This document shows positions 55,374 through 63,765 of a stretch of 64,000 bases of DNA, piece after piece. A program made the position numbers and the translations under genes. This DNA comes from Candidatus Latescibacterota bacterium. GTDB taxonomy: Bacteria > Latescibacterota > UBA2968 > UBA8231. Each line of letters starts with the position of its first letter. The first letter of the stretch is position 1. Location: NCBI GenBank assembly GCA_963422735.1, contig OY730476.1, forward strand, positions 672,001 to 736,000, given 5' to 3'. Below the pieces are notes generated by a model that worked only from the letters and a program-made list of their open reading frames with translations, did not search any database and had not been told where the DNA came from.

Positions 55374-56378
55374 ATGAGGTTTATAGGACTGATCGCCGCT
55401 GTAGCTGTAATAGGGATAGCAACTCCGGCGAGCGGTCAAGACATCGTCGAGGCGGTCCAGCACGGAGACTCCCTGTTGGCGCAGGGGCTTCCTAAGCAGG
55501 CGTTAGTTGAATACGAAAAGGCGCGCGAACTGGGTGCTGGCAGCGCGATGTTTCTCAATCGCTTGGCCAGCCTCTACATGCAGACCGGCGGCTATAAGCA
55601 GGCGGCTGAATCGCTGCAAGAATCACTCGCCGAAGACCCTAGGCAGCTACCCGTATATTCGGCGTTGGGGGAGGCCTTTTTGGCCATGGGCCAGCTAGAT
55701 TCGTCTATTTTTTACGTTGAACAAGCGAGTATTCTAGCCCCTTCCTCAACTAAAGTCCACAGCACCCTTGGTTATCTCTACATGCAGTCCGGGCAGAGCG
55801 AAAGGGCGCGCGAACGCCTTGACCGGGCCTTGGTACTGGACGACAAAAATTCGGAAGCCTATCGCCTATATGGATATTACTACGCGCAAAAAGACTCGGT
55901 AAATCGGGCCATTGAATACTATCAAAAGTTGGCGGGATTATCGCCGGAGAATGTCGAAGCCTACAACAACATCGCGTTCCTTCTCGCCGAGGCCGGGCGC
56001 TATCCCGAAGCGCTCGAGTACTACAAATTGGCTAAAGACCGGGCGCAGGATCCCTACCTAGCCCAGGCGGTCGCGGCCAAAATCGAAGAGATGCAGGCGA
56101 TTATGGCCGGTGAGATGCGGGTGCGCTACATATTGGTCGAAACAGAAGCGTCCGCACTTGAAGTCCTCGAAAAAGTGGCTCAAGGAGCCGATTTTTCTCA
56201 GCTAGCGCAGCAGCTTTCCATCGCGCCCAACGCCAGTCAAGGCGGGGATTTGGGGTTTTTTGGCCTAGGCGAACTCATGCCCGAAATTGAGGGAGTCGTA
56301 GTGCAACTGAAAGTTGGAGAAATAAGTCCAGTCGTGGAATTACCCATGGGGTACATCGTAGTACAGAGATTGAACTAA
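55374..56378 (+). CDS. Exported TPR-repeat protein with C-terminal parvulin (PpiC) domain
   Basis: Signal peptide, several TPRs, DFSQLAQQLS...GGDLGFF...MPE...GEISPVVE.PMG. Confidence 0.82.
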   Translation: MRFIGLIAAVAVIGIATPASGQDIVEAVQHGDSLLAQGLPKQALVEYEKARELGAGSAMFLNRLASLYMQTGGYKQAAESLQESLAEDPRQLPVYSALGEAFLAMGQLDSSIFYVEQASILAPSSTKVHSTLGYLYMQSGQSERARERLDRALVLDDKNSEAYRLYGYYYAQKDSVNRAIEYYQKLAGLSPENVEAYNNIAFLLAEAGRYPEALEYYKLAKDRAQDPYLAQAVAAKIEEMQAIMAGEMRVRYILVETEASALEVLEKVAQGADFSQLAQQLSIAPNASQGGDLGFFGLGELMPEIEGVVVQLKVGEISPVVELPMGYIVVQRLN

Positions 56379-56389
56379 AAATAAAATAA

Positions 56390-56496
56390 GTCGCGGCCAG
56401 GGCACCCGTAGATGCACCTGGCCGCTGGGAGGGATACGAACCATGACCGGAATGGCTCGCATAGATTAAACGCTCCGAGCAGAGAAGGGTTCCACG
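56390..56496. other. Structured intergenic region (hairpins), candidate ncRNA/terminator
   Basis: GCGGCCAGG...CCTGGCCGC stem, plus GAACC/GGTTC and GCTCG/CGAGC complementary pairs. Confidence 0.35.
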
Positions 56497-56541
56497 TTAA
56501 TAATATTTTTTGAATGTTCAATATTTCCAGAGGCAGCAAGG

Positions 56542-57015
56542 ATGAACGCGGATGACTTGCGCGATGTGGCGGAGCGGCTCGAAGCCTTGGAATCGCTGGC
56601 CAAGCTGTTCGGAAATTCATGGCTCGATTACGCCAAGAACCAGATACAGGACGAAAAAATAAGAGCGTATCTGACGGTTTTTGACGATGCCTTTCCCGGG
56701 ATGGAGCACGTCGTCGAATTTGTGCGCCAAAATGCCCAAGCACTCGCTGCAGGGGAGGGTGTCCAAGAAAATTTTGCTAAATTGGCACAGGTGCTTTTAC
56801 AGCGAGAAATCGACGACGAGGGTTTTATCACAGCAGAGAGCGACGCGGAAGTCGTGGAAGAGATCGCCGCGCCCGAGGAAGAGGACACCACCAGTGCAGA
56901 CGCCGAGGAGAACATCGAGGCCGTACTCGACGACGAGCAAGAGGACGCAAGAAAACCGACGAGCGATGAAGAAGAGTTGAAAAACGAGGACGAAATAAAT
57001 GCCCTTTTTGGCTGA
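56542..57015 (+). CDS. Hypothetical acidic protein
   Basis: 157-aa ORF; helical N-half, D/E-rich C-half ending EDEINALFG. Confidence 0.7.
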   Translation: MNADDLRDVAERLEALESLAKLFGNSWLDYAKNQIQDEKIRAYLTVFDDAFPGMEHVVEFVRQNAQALAAGEGVQENFAKLAQVLLQREIDDEGFITAESDAEVVEEIAAPEEEDTTSADAEENIEAVLDDEQEDARKPTSDEEELKNEDEINALFG

Positions 57016-57050
57016 ACAAGCCCTGATTCATCCCAACAGAGCGAGTTGGC

Positions 57051-58415
57051 ATGCCCTATTCCTATAATGCTTGGTTCCAGTGTATCGATTGCGACGACGA
57101 GCACTATCCGCTAAACGAAATAGTCTATCACTGTCAAAAATGTGGGGGGCTGCTCGAAGTACGTCACGATATGGAATCCTTACAGCAGCGCTCAGGCGGC
57201 GAGTGGCGGGCGCTGTTTGATCAGCGCTACATGAGTTCGGTACATCCTTATGGGAGTTCGGTTTGGGGCAAGAAAGAGATGGTTTGTCCCCTCGTCGGAG
57301 ACGAGAACGTGGTCTCCATGTACGAGGGGGGGAGCAATCTGCTCTGGGCCGAGCGCTTGGGTGCCGAACTGGGTATGGAGGATCTGTGGATAAAGCAATG
57401 TGGCAATAGCCACACGGGTTCGTTTAAGGACCTAGGCATGACCGTATTGGTTTCCATGGTCAACCAGATGATTGCCGAGGGCCAGTTTATACCCGCGGTG
57501 GCCTGCGCTTCAACCGGGGACACTTCGGCGGCGTTGGCCGCGTATTGTGCAGCCGCCGGCATTCCGGCGATCGTGTTGTTGCCCAAAGACATGATCTCCA
57601 TTGCCCAACTCATCCAGCCCATAGCCAACGGTGCACTGACGCTCGCTTTGCGCACCGATTTCGACGGGTGCATGGCCTTGGTGCAGGAAATCTGTCGCCG
57701 CGACCAAATCTATCTGGCTAACTCAATGAATTCGCTCCGCATTGAAGGGCAGAAGACCATAGCGATTGAGCTGTTACAGCAATTTCACTGGGAGGTCCCC
57801 GACTGGATCATTATTCCAGGCGGCAATCTAGGCAATGTCAGTGCCTTGGGGAAGGGGTTTATCGAGGGCAAGGAAATGGGGCTTATAGACAAGCTACCGC
57901 GCATTGCCGTCGCCCAAGCAGCCCAAGCCAATCCGCTCTATCTCAGTTATCTCGACGGGTTCCGCACCTTTGAATCGCAAACAGCCCGCGACACCTTGGC
58001 CAGCGCCATAAAGATCGGCAATCCCGTAAGCAGGGAGCGGGCCATTCGCACCTTGCAGCACTTCGACGGCATCGTCGAAGAGGCCACGGAGGACGAATTG
58101 GCCAACGCCTGTGCAAGGGCCGACCGCAATGGACTATTCACCTGTCCACACACGGGCGTTGCCTTGGCCGCGCTGAGCAAAATGATCGCAGCCGGGCACG
58201 TCGAGTCCAAGAGTCGGGTGATCGTAATATCCACGGCGCATGGGCTGAAGTTTCCGGATTTCAAGGTGAAGTACCACGAAGACCAACTGCGGGAGCTCCA
58301 TGTCGAGCCACAGCATCGCAACGTGCCCATTGAGATCGAAGCCGAATACGAAGCCGTGCATCGGGTCGTCCTCAAGGCCGTAGAGCAGCGGACGCTGGCC
58401 ACTGCCCGCCACTGA
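57051..58415 (+). CDS. thrC: Threonine synthase (plant-like clade)
   Basis: CxxC/CxxC N-terminus, SHTGSFKDLGM (PLP lysine), CASTGDTSA, NSMNSLRIEGQKT, PGGNLGN, STAHGLKF. Confidence 0.95.
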   Translation: MPYSYNAWFQCIDCDDEHYPLNEIVYHCQKCGGLLEVRHDMESLQQRSGGEWRALFDQRYMSSVHPYGSSVWGKKEMVCPLVGDENVVSMYEGGSNLLWAERLGAELGMEDLWIKQCGNSHTGSFKDLGMTVLVSMVNQMIAEGQFIPAVACASTGDTSAALAAYCAAAGIPAIVLLPKDMISIAQLIQPIANGALTLALRTDFDGCMALVQEICRRDQIYLANSMNSLRIEGQKTIAIELLQQFHWEVPDWIIIPGGNLGNVSALGKGFIEGKEMGLIDKLPRIAVAQAAQANPLYLSYLDGFRTFESQTARDTLASAIKIGNPVSRERAIRTLQHFDGIVEEATEDELANACARADRNGLFTCPHTGVALAALSKMIAAGHVESKSRVIVISTAHGLKFPDFKVKYHEDQLRELHVEPQHRNVPIEIEAEYEAVHRVVLKAVEQRTLATARH

Positions 58416-58428
58416 AAGAGCAAACACA

Positions 58429-59616
58429 ATGAACCGCACCGACGATGGTTTTGCAGGAGAATCGACCCGTTCCGTACACGGGGGCGTGGAACGAGATAAG
58501 TTCGCCCAGTCCCTCATTGACCCCATTGCCCAGACGGCTACCTATACTTTTGCCGATCTAGATGAATTTGCCGCCTTTAAGGCCGGCGAAAAGTCGCTCT
58601 ACGAATACGGGCGCTATGGCAATCCGACCCAACGGGCAGCCGAGCGCAAAATAGCTGCCCTAGAAAACGCCGAAGCCGCCTTGCTCTTTTCATCGGGCAT
58701 GAGCGCGATTACCTCGGTGCTCTATGCGATGCTGCGCAGTGGGCAACACTTGGTACTCATGGAAGATTGCTATCGCATGACGGCCAAGTTCTGCGAGATT
58801 TTGGCCAAATTTGGCATTGAATCCACCCTAGTTAAACCCGGTGATATGGATTCGTTGGCGGCTGCGGTGCGTCCGGAGACCCGCTTGATCTTTACTGAGT
58901 CCCCGACCAATCCCCACCTGCATGTCCTCGACTTGGAACAGCTCGTCGCTTTTGCCAAACAACGGCGTCTCAAGGTTATCATCGACAGCACCTTGGCTAC
59001 GCCAGTCAATCAGAGGCCGCTCGATTTCGGGGTTGATCTGGTCATCCACAGTGCCACCAAATACCTCGGCGGGCACAACGATCTGATGGCGGGTGCCGTC
59101 TGTGGCAAGGCTCCTTTAGTCGAGGCCATTGGCGAATACCAACGAATCACTGGCGGGATCGTTGATCCCAATACCTCGTATTTATTGATCCGGGGGTTAA
59201 AGACGCTCGCATTGCGCGTTCTGCGGCAAAACGATACAGCCCTGACGATGGCCCGGTTCCTAGCAGATCATCCCAAAGTTCGCCAGGTCTTTTACCCGGG
59301 GCTCGAAAGCCACGTTGATTATCTCGTCGCCAAAGAGCAAATGCGCGGTTTTGGCGGGCTAATCAGCTTTGAGATCGATGGCACCCTCGAGCAGACGCGG
59401 GATTTTGTCCATCGTCTAGCCGTGCCTTATATCGCGCCGAGCTTGGGGGGGGTGGAGACGCTGGTCTCGCATCCGGCGACCGTTTCCTATCACGATTTGA
59501 GCCGGAAGGAGCGGCTAGCCATTGGCATCACTGACCAGTTGGTGCGCTATGCTGTGGGCATTGAGGACGCCGCCGAACTCGTCGGCGATCTAGAGGGGGC
59601 GCTTGCGGAGGTCTAA
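58429..59616 (+). CDS. metB: Cystathionine gamma-synthase (Cys/Met metabolism PLP enzyme)
   Basis: YGRYGNPT, SSGMSA, ESPTNP, HSATKYLGGHND, YIAPSLGGVE. Confidence 0.85.
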   Translation: MNRTDDGFAGESTRSVHGGVERDKFAQSLIDPIAQTATYTFADLDEFAAFKAGEKSLYEYGRYGNPTQRAAERKIAALENAEAALLFSSGMSAITSVLYAMLRSGQHLVLMEDCYRMTAKFCEILAKFGIESTLVKPGDMDSLAAAVRPETRLIFTESPTNPHLHVLDLEQLVAFAKQRRLKVIIDSTLATPVNQRPLDFGVDLVIHSATKYLGGHNDLMAGAVCGKAPLVEAIGEYQRITGGIVDPNTSYLLIRGLKTLALRVLRQNDTALTMARFLADHPKVRQVFYPGLESHVDYLVAKEQMRGFGGLISFEIDGTLEQTRDFVHRLAVPYIAPSLGGVETLVSHPATVSYHDLSRKERLAIGITDQLVRYAVGIEDAAELVGDLEGALAEV

Positions 59617-59620
59617 GGGA

Positions 59621-60049
59621 TCAGAAATTCAAGTTGGCCAAAAGCGCGGTCCAGGGCAGGGAGGCGACTTTGCGGTACAGATCGCTGTCGCTGGTCACGG
59701 CTTGGCAGCGGAGATGGGCACCTAAGGCAATGAAGCCGGCGGCGTACATGCTGATGGAATGCTCAAAGGCGATTTGAGTGGCTTTGCGGGTAATTTCGGG
59801 ATTGTAGGGCACGATATCCAAGTGCATGTACTCCAAGCTGGCCAAGGCGTCGTCGATATGGGTCCGATCGAATTGTCGGCTTTCCTTGAGGACATGGGCT
59901 AGCTCGTATATAGACTGGTCAAGCACGGTTAGCTCGACCCTTTCCGCTAGCTGCTCTTGGCGGAGTCCAAGGGCCTTGTGGGTATCCACATCGTGCGCTG
60001 GAGAAAACCACCTCAACATAACGGAGGTATCTAGCGCGTAGCGAATCAC
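59621..60049 (-). CDS. PIN-domain VapC-like toxin
   Basis: YALDTSVMLRWF, IYELAHVL, VTSD. Start GTG 60049 overlaps the antitoxin stop. Confidence 0.82.
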   Translation of the reverse strand: MIRYALDTSVMLRWFSPAHDVDTHKALGLRQEQLAERVELTVLDQSIYELAHVLKESRQFDRTHIDDALASLEYMHLDIVPYNPEITRKATQIAFEHSISMYAAGFIALGAHLRCQAVTSDSDLYRKVASLPWTALLANLNF

Positions 60050-60303
60050 TGCGCTTGCCGTTCCGCACGCAGTATCTTGAGAGGATCCCAGGGTAGTGCC
60101 TTTTTGCGCAGACTGTCTTGGAGGGTCATTCCGTGTTCGATAGCTGCCTGTTTCCGCTGGTACTCGTATGTTGCTTCCCTTTGTTGGCAGTACGCCATAA
60201 AGGCCAATCGAAGGAGTTTGCTGCGGCTTACACCCTCCTGCTGTGCAACTTGATCGATGCGTTCGAGCAGATCGTCCGGCAGCATGATATTTACGCGCGC
60301 CAT
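60046..60303 (-). CDS. CopG/ribbon-helix-helix antitoxin
   Basis: MARVNIMLPDDLLERIDQVAQQEGVSRSKLLRLA upstream of the PIN gene. Confidence 0.85.
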   Translation of the reverse strand: MARVNIMLPDDLLERIDQVAQQEGVSRSKLLRLAFMAYCQQREATYEYQRKQAAIEHGMTLQDSLRKKALPWDPLKILRAERQAQ

Positions 60304-60461
60304 AAGCCTCTTTCCTTGCACCGCCTACGGCGGCGAGAAGGATATTATCGCCTAGCAAGCGGGCGTAAAGCTGCCAAGTTAGCTTTGGACCAACGGGCTG
60401 TCAAGGCGGCCCTCTTGCCTTAGTTTTGGCCGGTCTTTAATGTTACAATTGGGATTAGAGC

Positions 60462-61412
60462 ATGAAAAATCACCTAAAGATATTGTCGGGTTCGAGCAAT
60501 CCAGAACTGGCCCAAGAAATATGCGATTACTTGGCCATCACGCCCGCTCGTCGCCAGATTGTCCGGGAGCCCAACGACAATATAAAGGTTAAAATTGAGG
60601 AGAACGTGCGCGAAGACGACGTCTTCATCATCCAGACGTCAGCATCCCCGGTCAATCACCACTTCATTGAACTGCTGTTGCTAATCGACGCGCTTAGGTA
60701 CGCATCGTCGCGCCGGATTACGGCCGTGCTACCTTATTATCCTTATGTGCGCTCCGACAAAAAGGACGAGCCCCGCATTTCTATTAGCGCCCGCCTCGTC
60801 GCCGACCTGCTCCAAATAGCTGGGGCCGACAGGATCTTGACGATCACCTTGCACAGCCCACAAATCGTGGCGTTCTCGCGGATTCCGGTTGACCAACTGT
60901 GGGCTACGAGCCTACTGTGCAATTTCATGCAGATGAAAGACCTCAGCAACGCCGTAGTCGTGTCGCCCGACGTGGGAAGTGCCGATGAAGCCAGCGCGTA
61001 TGCGCGTCGGCTCGGCTTGCCGCTGGCCATTATGGACAAACGCCGCCACGCGGACGACGAAAAGGCCGAAATCAAAAATATGATCGGCGAAGTCGAAGGC
61101 CGCGACGCCTTGCTCTTCGACGACGAGGTACTGACAGGGGGGTCCATGATAGAGTCGATACGGGTCCTCAAAGAAAGGGGCGCGCACCGAATATTGGCCG
61201 GTTGTACACACGGCGTTTTTTCCGGGCGCGCCCTAGAGAGGATTGATGCCTCCTCGGTGGAATCGTTCGCCACCACGAATACCATTCCCTTGCCCGCGGG
61301 CAAGCCGAGGCGCAAAATCGCCGTATTGAGCGTCGCCCGATTGTTGGGGGATGCGATCAAAGCCATTCACCACGGTGAATCAGTGAGCCGCTTGATTGAG
61401 TGGGAGGGCTAG
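60462..61412 (+). CDS. prs: Ribose-phosphate pyrophosphokinase
   Basis: ENVRE.DVFIIQ, PYYPYVRSDKK, LHSPQ, SPDVG, DKRR, DDEVLTGGS, THGVFS. Confidence 0.93.
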   Translation: MKNHLKILSGSSNPELAQEICDYLAITPARRQIVREPNDNIKVKIEENVREDDVFIIQTSASPVNHHFIELLLLIDALRYASSRRITAVLPYYPYVRSDKKDEPRISISARLVADLLQIAGADRILTITLHSPQIVAFSRIPVDQLWATSLLCNFMQMKDLSNAVVVSPDVGSADEASAYARRLGLPLAIMDKRRHADDEKAEIKNMIGEVEGRDALLFDDEVLTGGSMIESIRVLKERGAHRILAGCTHGVFSGRALERIDASSVESFATTNTIPLPAGKPRRKIAVLSVARLLGDAIKAIHHGESVSRLIEWEG

Positions 61413-61415
61413 GTG

Positions 61416-61577
61416 ATGCCAAGTAGATTGAGTATTTTCTCTGAGTTATGGGATTTTATGAAGGTCCGCAAAAAGTGGTGGTTGGGGCCGATATTTGTCA
61501 CTTTGATCCTGTTAGGGCTGTTAATTGTCACAACTCAAGGGTCGGCGGTAGCTCCCTTTATTTACGCGCTGTTTTAA
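61416..61577 (+). CDS. DUF5989 (SxtK-like) small membrane protein
   Basis: MPSRLSIFSELWDFMKVRKKWWLGPIFVTLILLGLLIVTTQGSAVAPFIYALF (53 aa); not in the ORF track. Confidence 0.85.
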   Translation: MPSRLSIFSELWDFMKVRKKWWLGPIFVTLILLGLLIVTTQGSAVAPFIYALF

Positions 61578-61581
61578 AACT

Positions 61582-61601
61582 TATAAAAATTAATATGTAA
61601 A
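61582..61601. repeat. 20-bp AT-rich dispersed repeat, copy 2
   Basis: TATAAAAATTAATATGTAAA, identical at 43884-43903; abuts the apt start codon. Confidence 0.8.
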
Positions 61602-62114
61602 ATGAATATAAAAGAACTCATCCGCGAAATCCCCAATTTCCCGCAAGACGGCGTCTCATACAAAGACATCACGCCGCTGCTCAAAAGCCCCGCTGGTTTA
61701 TCCGTCGCGGTCCAAACCATGCTTGCCCCCTTTGCGGACGCCGGAGTGGACCTAGTCGTGGGCATAGAGGCCCGTGGATTTGTGTTCGCGACGCCCATAG
61801 CACTCGAATTGGGATGTGGTTTTGTGCCAGTGCGCAAACCGGGCAAGCTGCCGGCGGCCACGCTGCGCCGCGACTACGCGCTCGAATACGGCGAGACATC
61901 CTTGGAAATACACACCGATGCTATCGCACCGAGGCAAAAGGTATTGGTCGTGGATGACGTTTTGGCCACCGGCGGGACCTTGGTGGCAACGTGTCAAGTG
62001 CTTGAAAAACTAGGGGCGGTCGTCGAGGGCATCAGCGTTTTGGCCGAGTTGAGCTTTCTGTCGGGCCGAGACTTGTTGCGCGGGTACAAATTGGAAAGTG
62101 CTATCGTCTATTAA
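61602..62114 (+). CDS. apt: Adenine phosphoribosyltransferase
   Basis: IPNFPQDGVSYKDIT, EARGF, RKPGKLP, YALEYG, VDDVLATGGT. Confidence 0.96.
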   Translation: MNIKELIREIPNFPQDGVSYKDITPLLKSPAGLSVAVQTMLAPFADAGVDLVVGIEARGFVFATPIALELGCGFVPVRKPGKLPAATLRRDYALEYGETSLEIHTDAIAPRQKVLVVDDVLATGGTLVATCQVLEKLGAVVEGISVLAELSFLSGRDLLRGYKLESAIVY

Positions 62115-62150
62115 AACCCGTACCTAAAACTTTGGAGACTCCATACCTTC

Positions 62151-62819
62151 ATGTCGAGTGAACGCCGTAAACTGAGCAAGAGCGAACTCCGCGAAGATGA
62201 GTTCGTCGAATGGATCATGCAGGCCGTCGAGTACGTCAAGGAGCGCGCCCGCTTCTTTGGCAGTGGGGTCGTTGCCGTACTCGCGGTCATTATGGCCATC
62301 AATTATTTCATCGAGTCCAAGGAGGCCGATCGGCTCAAAGCGGCGGCCCTACTCGGCGATGTGCTGAGGGTCGAGCAAGGCGGCGAGCCGACCGAGGCGA
62401 TCCGCTCGGCCGAAGAATTGGTGTTTTCCTATGCCGGGACCCCGGCTGCAGCCCAAGGAAACGTGCTTTTGGCCAATCTCCACTATGCACAGGGTCGCTA
62501 TGCCGAGGCTCGGGGCTATTACCAAAGCTACTTGGACAACTATGAGCCTTTGGATGTGTTGGTCTATGCGGCCCAAAGCGGTCTTGGTGCCTGTCTCGAA
62601 GCCGAAGGGCAGCTCTTGGCCGCGGCCCAGCACTACGAAGCCTATGCGGCCCAACAAGCCGGGACCATCCACGAGGCCATGGCGCGGATGGAAGCAGCTC
62701 GCATATATGGGTTGATTGGCGAGCGCGACAGGCAACAAGCTCTACTCGAACAGGTCAGTCGCACGTTCGCTCAATACCCGATTGCTGCTCAAGCCCGTGC
62801 TGCACTAGCCATGTTCTAA
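62151..62819 (+). CDS. Membrane-anchored TPR protein (YfgM-like)
   Basis: RKLSKSELREDEF N-terminus, single TM, YAGTPAA, TPR helices. Confidence 0.75.
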   Translation: MSSERRKLSKSELREDEFVEWIMQAVEYVKERARFFGSGVVAVLAVIMAINYFIESKEADRLKAAALLGDVLRVEQGGEPTEAIRSAEELVFSYAGTPAAAQGNVLLANLHYAQGRYAEARGYYQSYLDNYEPLDVLVYAAQSGLGACLEAEGQLLAAAQHYEAYAAQQAGTIHEAMARMEAARIYGLIGERDRQQALLEQVSRTFAQYPIAAQARAALAMF

Positions 62820-62830
62820 GAGGCTTATTG

Positions 62831-63754
62831 ATGGGGAGTACGGATCTCAAGGTTTTCGCCGGGCGGAGCAATTCCGCACTGGCTGAGGGCATTTACCAAT
62901 CGCTGGCCATCGAGCCGGGGCGCATTGAGTTCATCGACTTTAGCAATGAGAATATAAAGGTAAAGATCTGTGAAAACGTGCGCGGTCGCGATGTATTCTT
63001 TATTCAAACCTCGTGTCCGCCCGTCAGTTCCTACTTGATGGAGCTGCTCATAGCTCTCGACGCCCTAAAATACGCCTCGGCTGGCCGCATCACCGCGGTC
63101 TTGCCGTACTATCCGTATGCTATGGCCGACAGCAAGGACGAGCCGAGGATTTCCGTGGCGGGCCGCTTGGTGGCCGATCTGATCGCCGAAGCCGGAGCGG
63201 ACCGGATTCTCACCATGACCTTACACAGCCCGCAGACTATGGGCTTTAGCCGGATTCTAGTGGACCAACTGAGCGGCGTCCCGGCGATATGCGCCTATTA
63301 CGCCGACCTCGACCGAGACAACTTGGTCGCGGCCGCTCCAGACATCAGCCGCGCCAAGGTCACCGAGACCTATGCCCAGCGGTTGGGGTTGCCCCTCGTC
63401 GTCGTTGATCAGGGTGCCGGGAAAAACAGAGTTATTGGCGACGTAGCCGACCGGGATGTCGTATTCTTCGACGACGCGATCATTACCGGCACTTCCATTC
63501 TCAAAGGAGCCGCCGCCGTCAAGGAGTGCGGGGCACGCAAAATCTACGCTGGTTGCGTCCACGGCACCCTAACCAAGGAGACGATAGCCCGGCTGGATCA
63601 ATCCAGCCTCCAAGCTCTCGCCATTACCGATACGATTCCCCTGTCGGCGGACGCCCGCACCTCCATGATGCAGGTGTGCTCCGTGGCCCCTCTCTTTGCC
63701 AACGCCATCCGCGCTATCCACGAAGAAACATCCATTAGCGCACTATTCAACTGA
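62831..63754 (+). CDS. Second ribose-phosphate pyrophosphokinase paralogue (degenerate active site)
   Basis: FSNENIKV, ENVRGRDVF, PYYPYAMADSKDEPRIS, DDAIITGTS; lacks the KRR loop. Confidence 0.85.
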   Translation: MGSTDLKVFAGRSNSALAEGIYQSLAIEPGRIEFIDFSNENIKVKICENVRGRDVFFIQTSCPPVSSYLMELLIALDALKYASAGRITAVLPYYPYAMADSKDEPRISVAGRLVADLIAEAGADRILTMTLHSPQTMGFSRILVDQLSGVPAICAYYADLDRDNLVAAAPDISRAKVTETYAQRLGLPLVVVDQGAGKNRVIGDVADRDVVFFDDAIITGTSILKGAAAVKECGARKIYAGCVHGTLTKETIARLDQSSLQALAITDTIPLSADARTSMMQVCSVAPLFANAIRAIHEETSISALFN

Positions 63755-63765
63755 GGCGGCCCCCT

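Noticed and set aside
56420-56460. SAM-I riboswitch (GGAGGGA...ATGA resemblance upstream of thrC/metB)
   Set aside because: Lacks recognisable P1 ATC/GAT, GCAACC and GTGC elements; kept only as an unassigned structured region.
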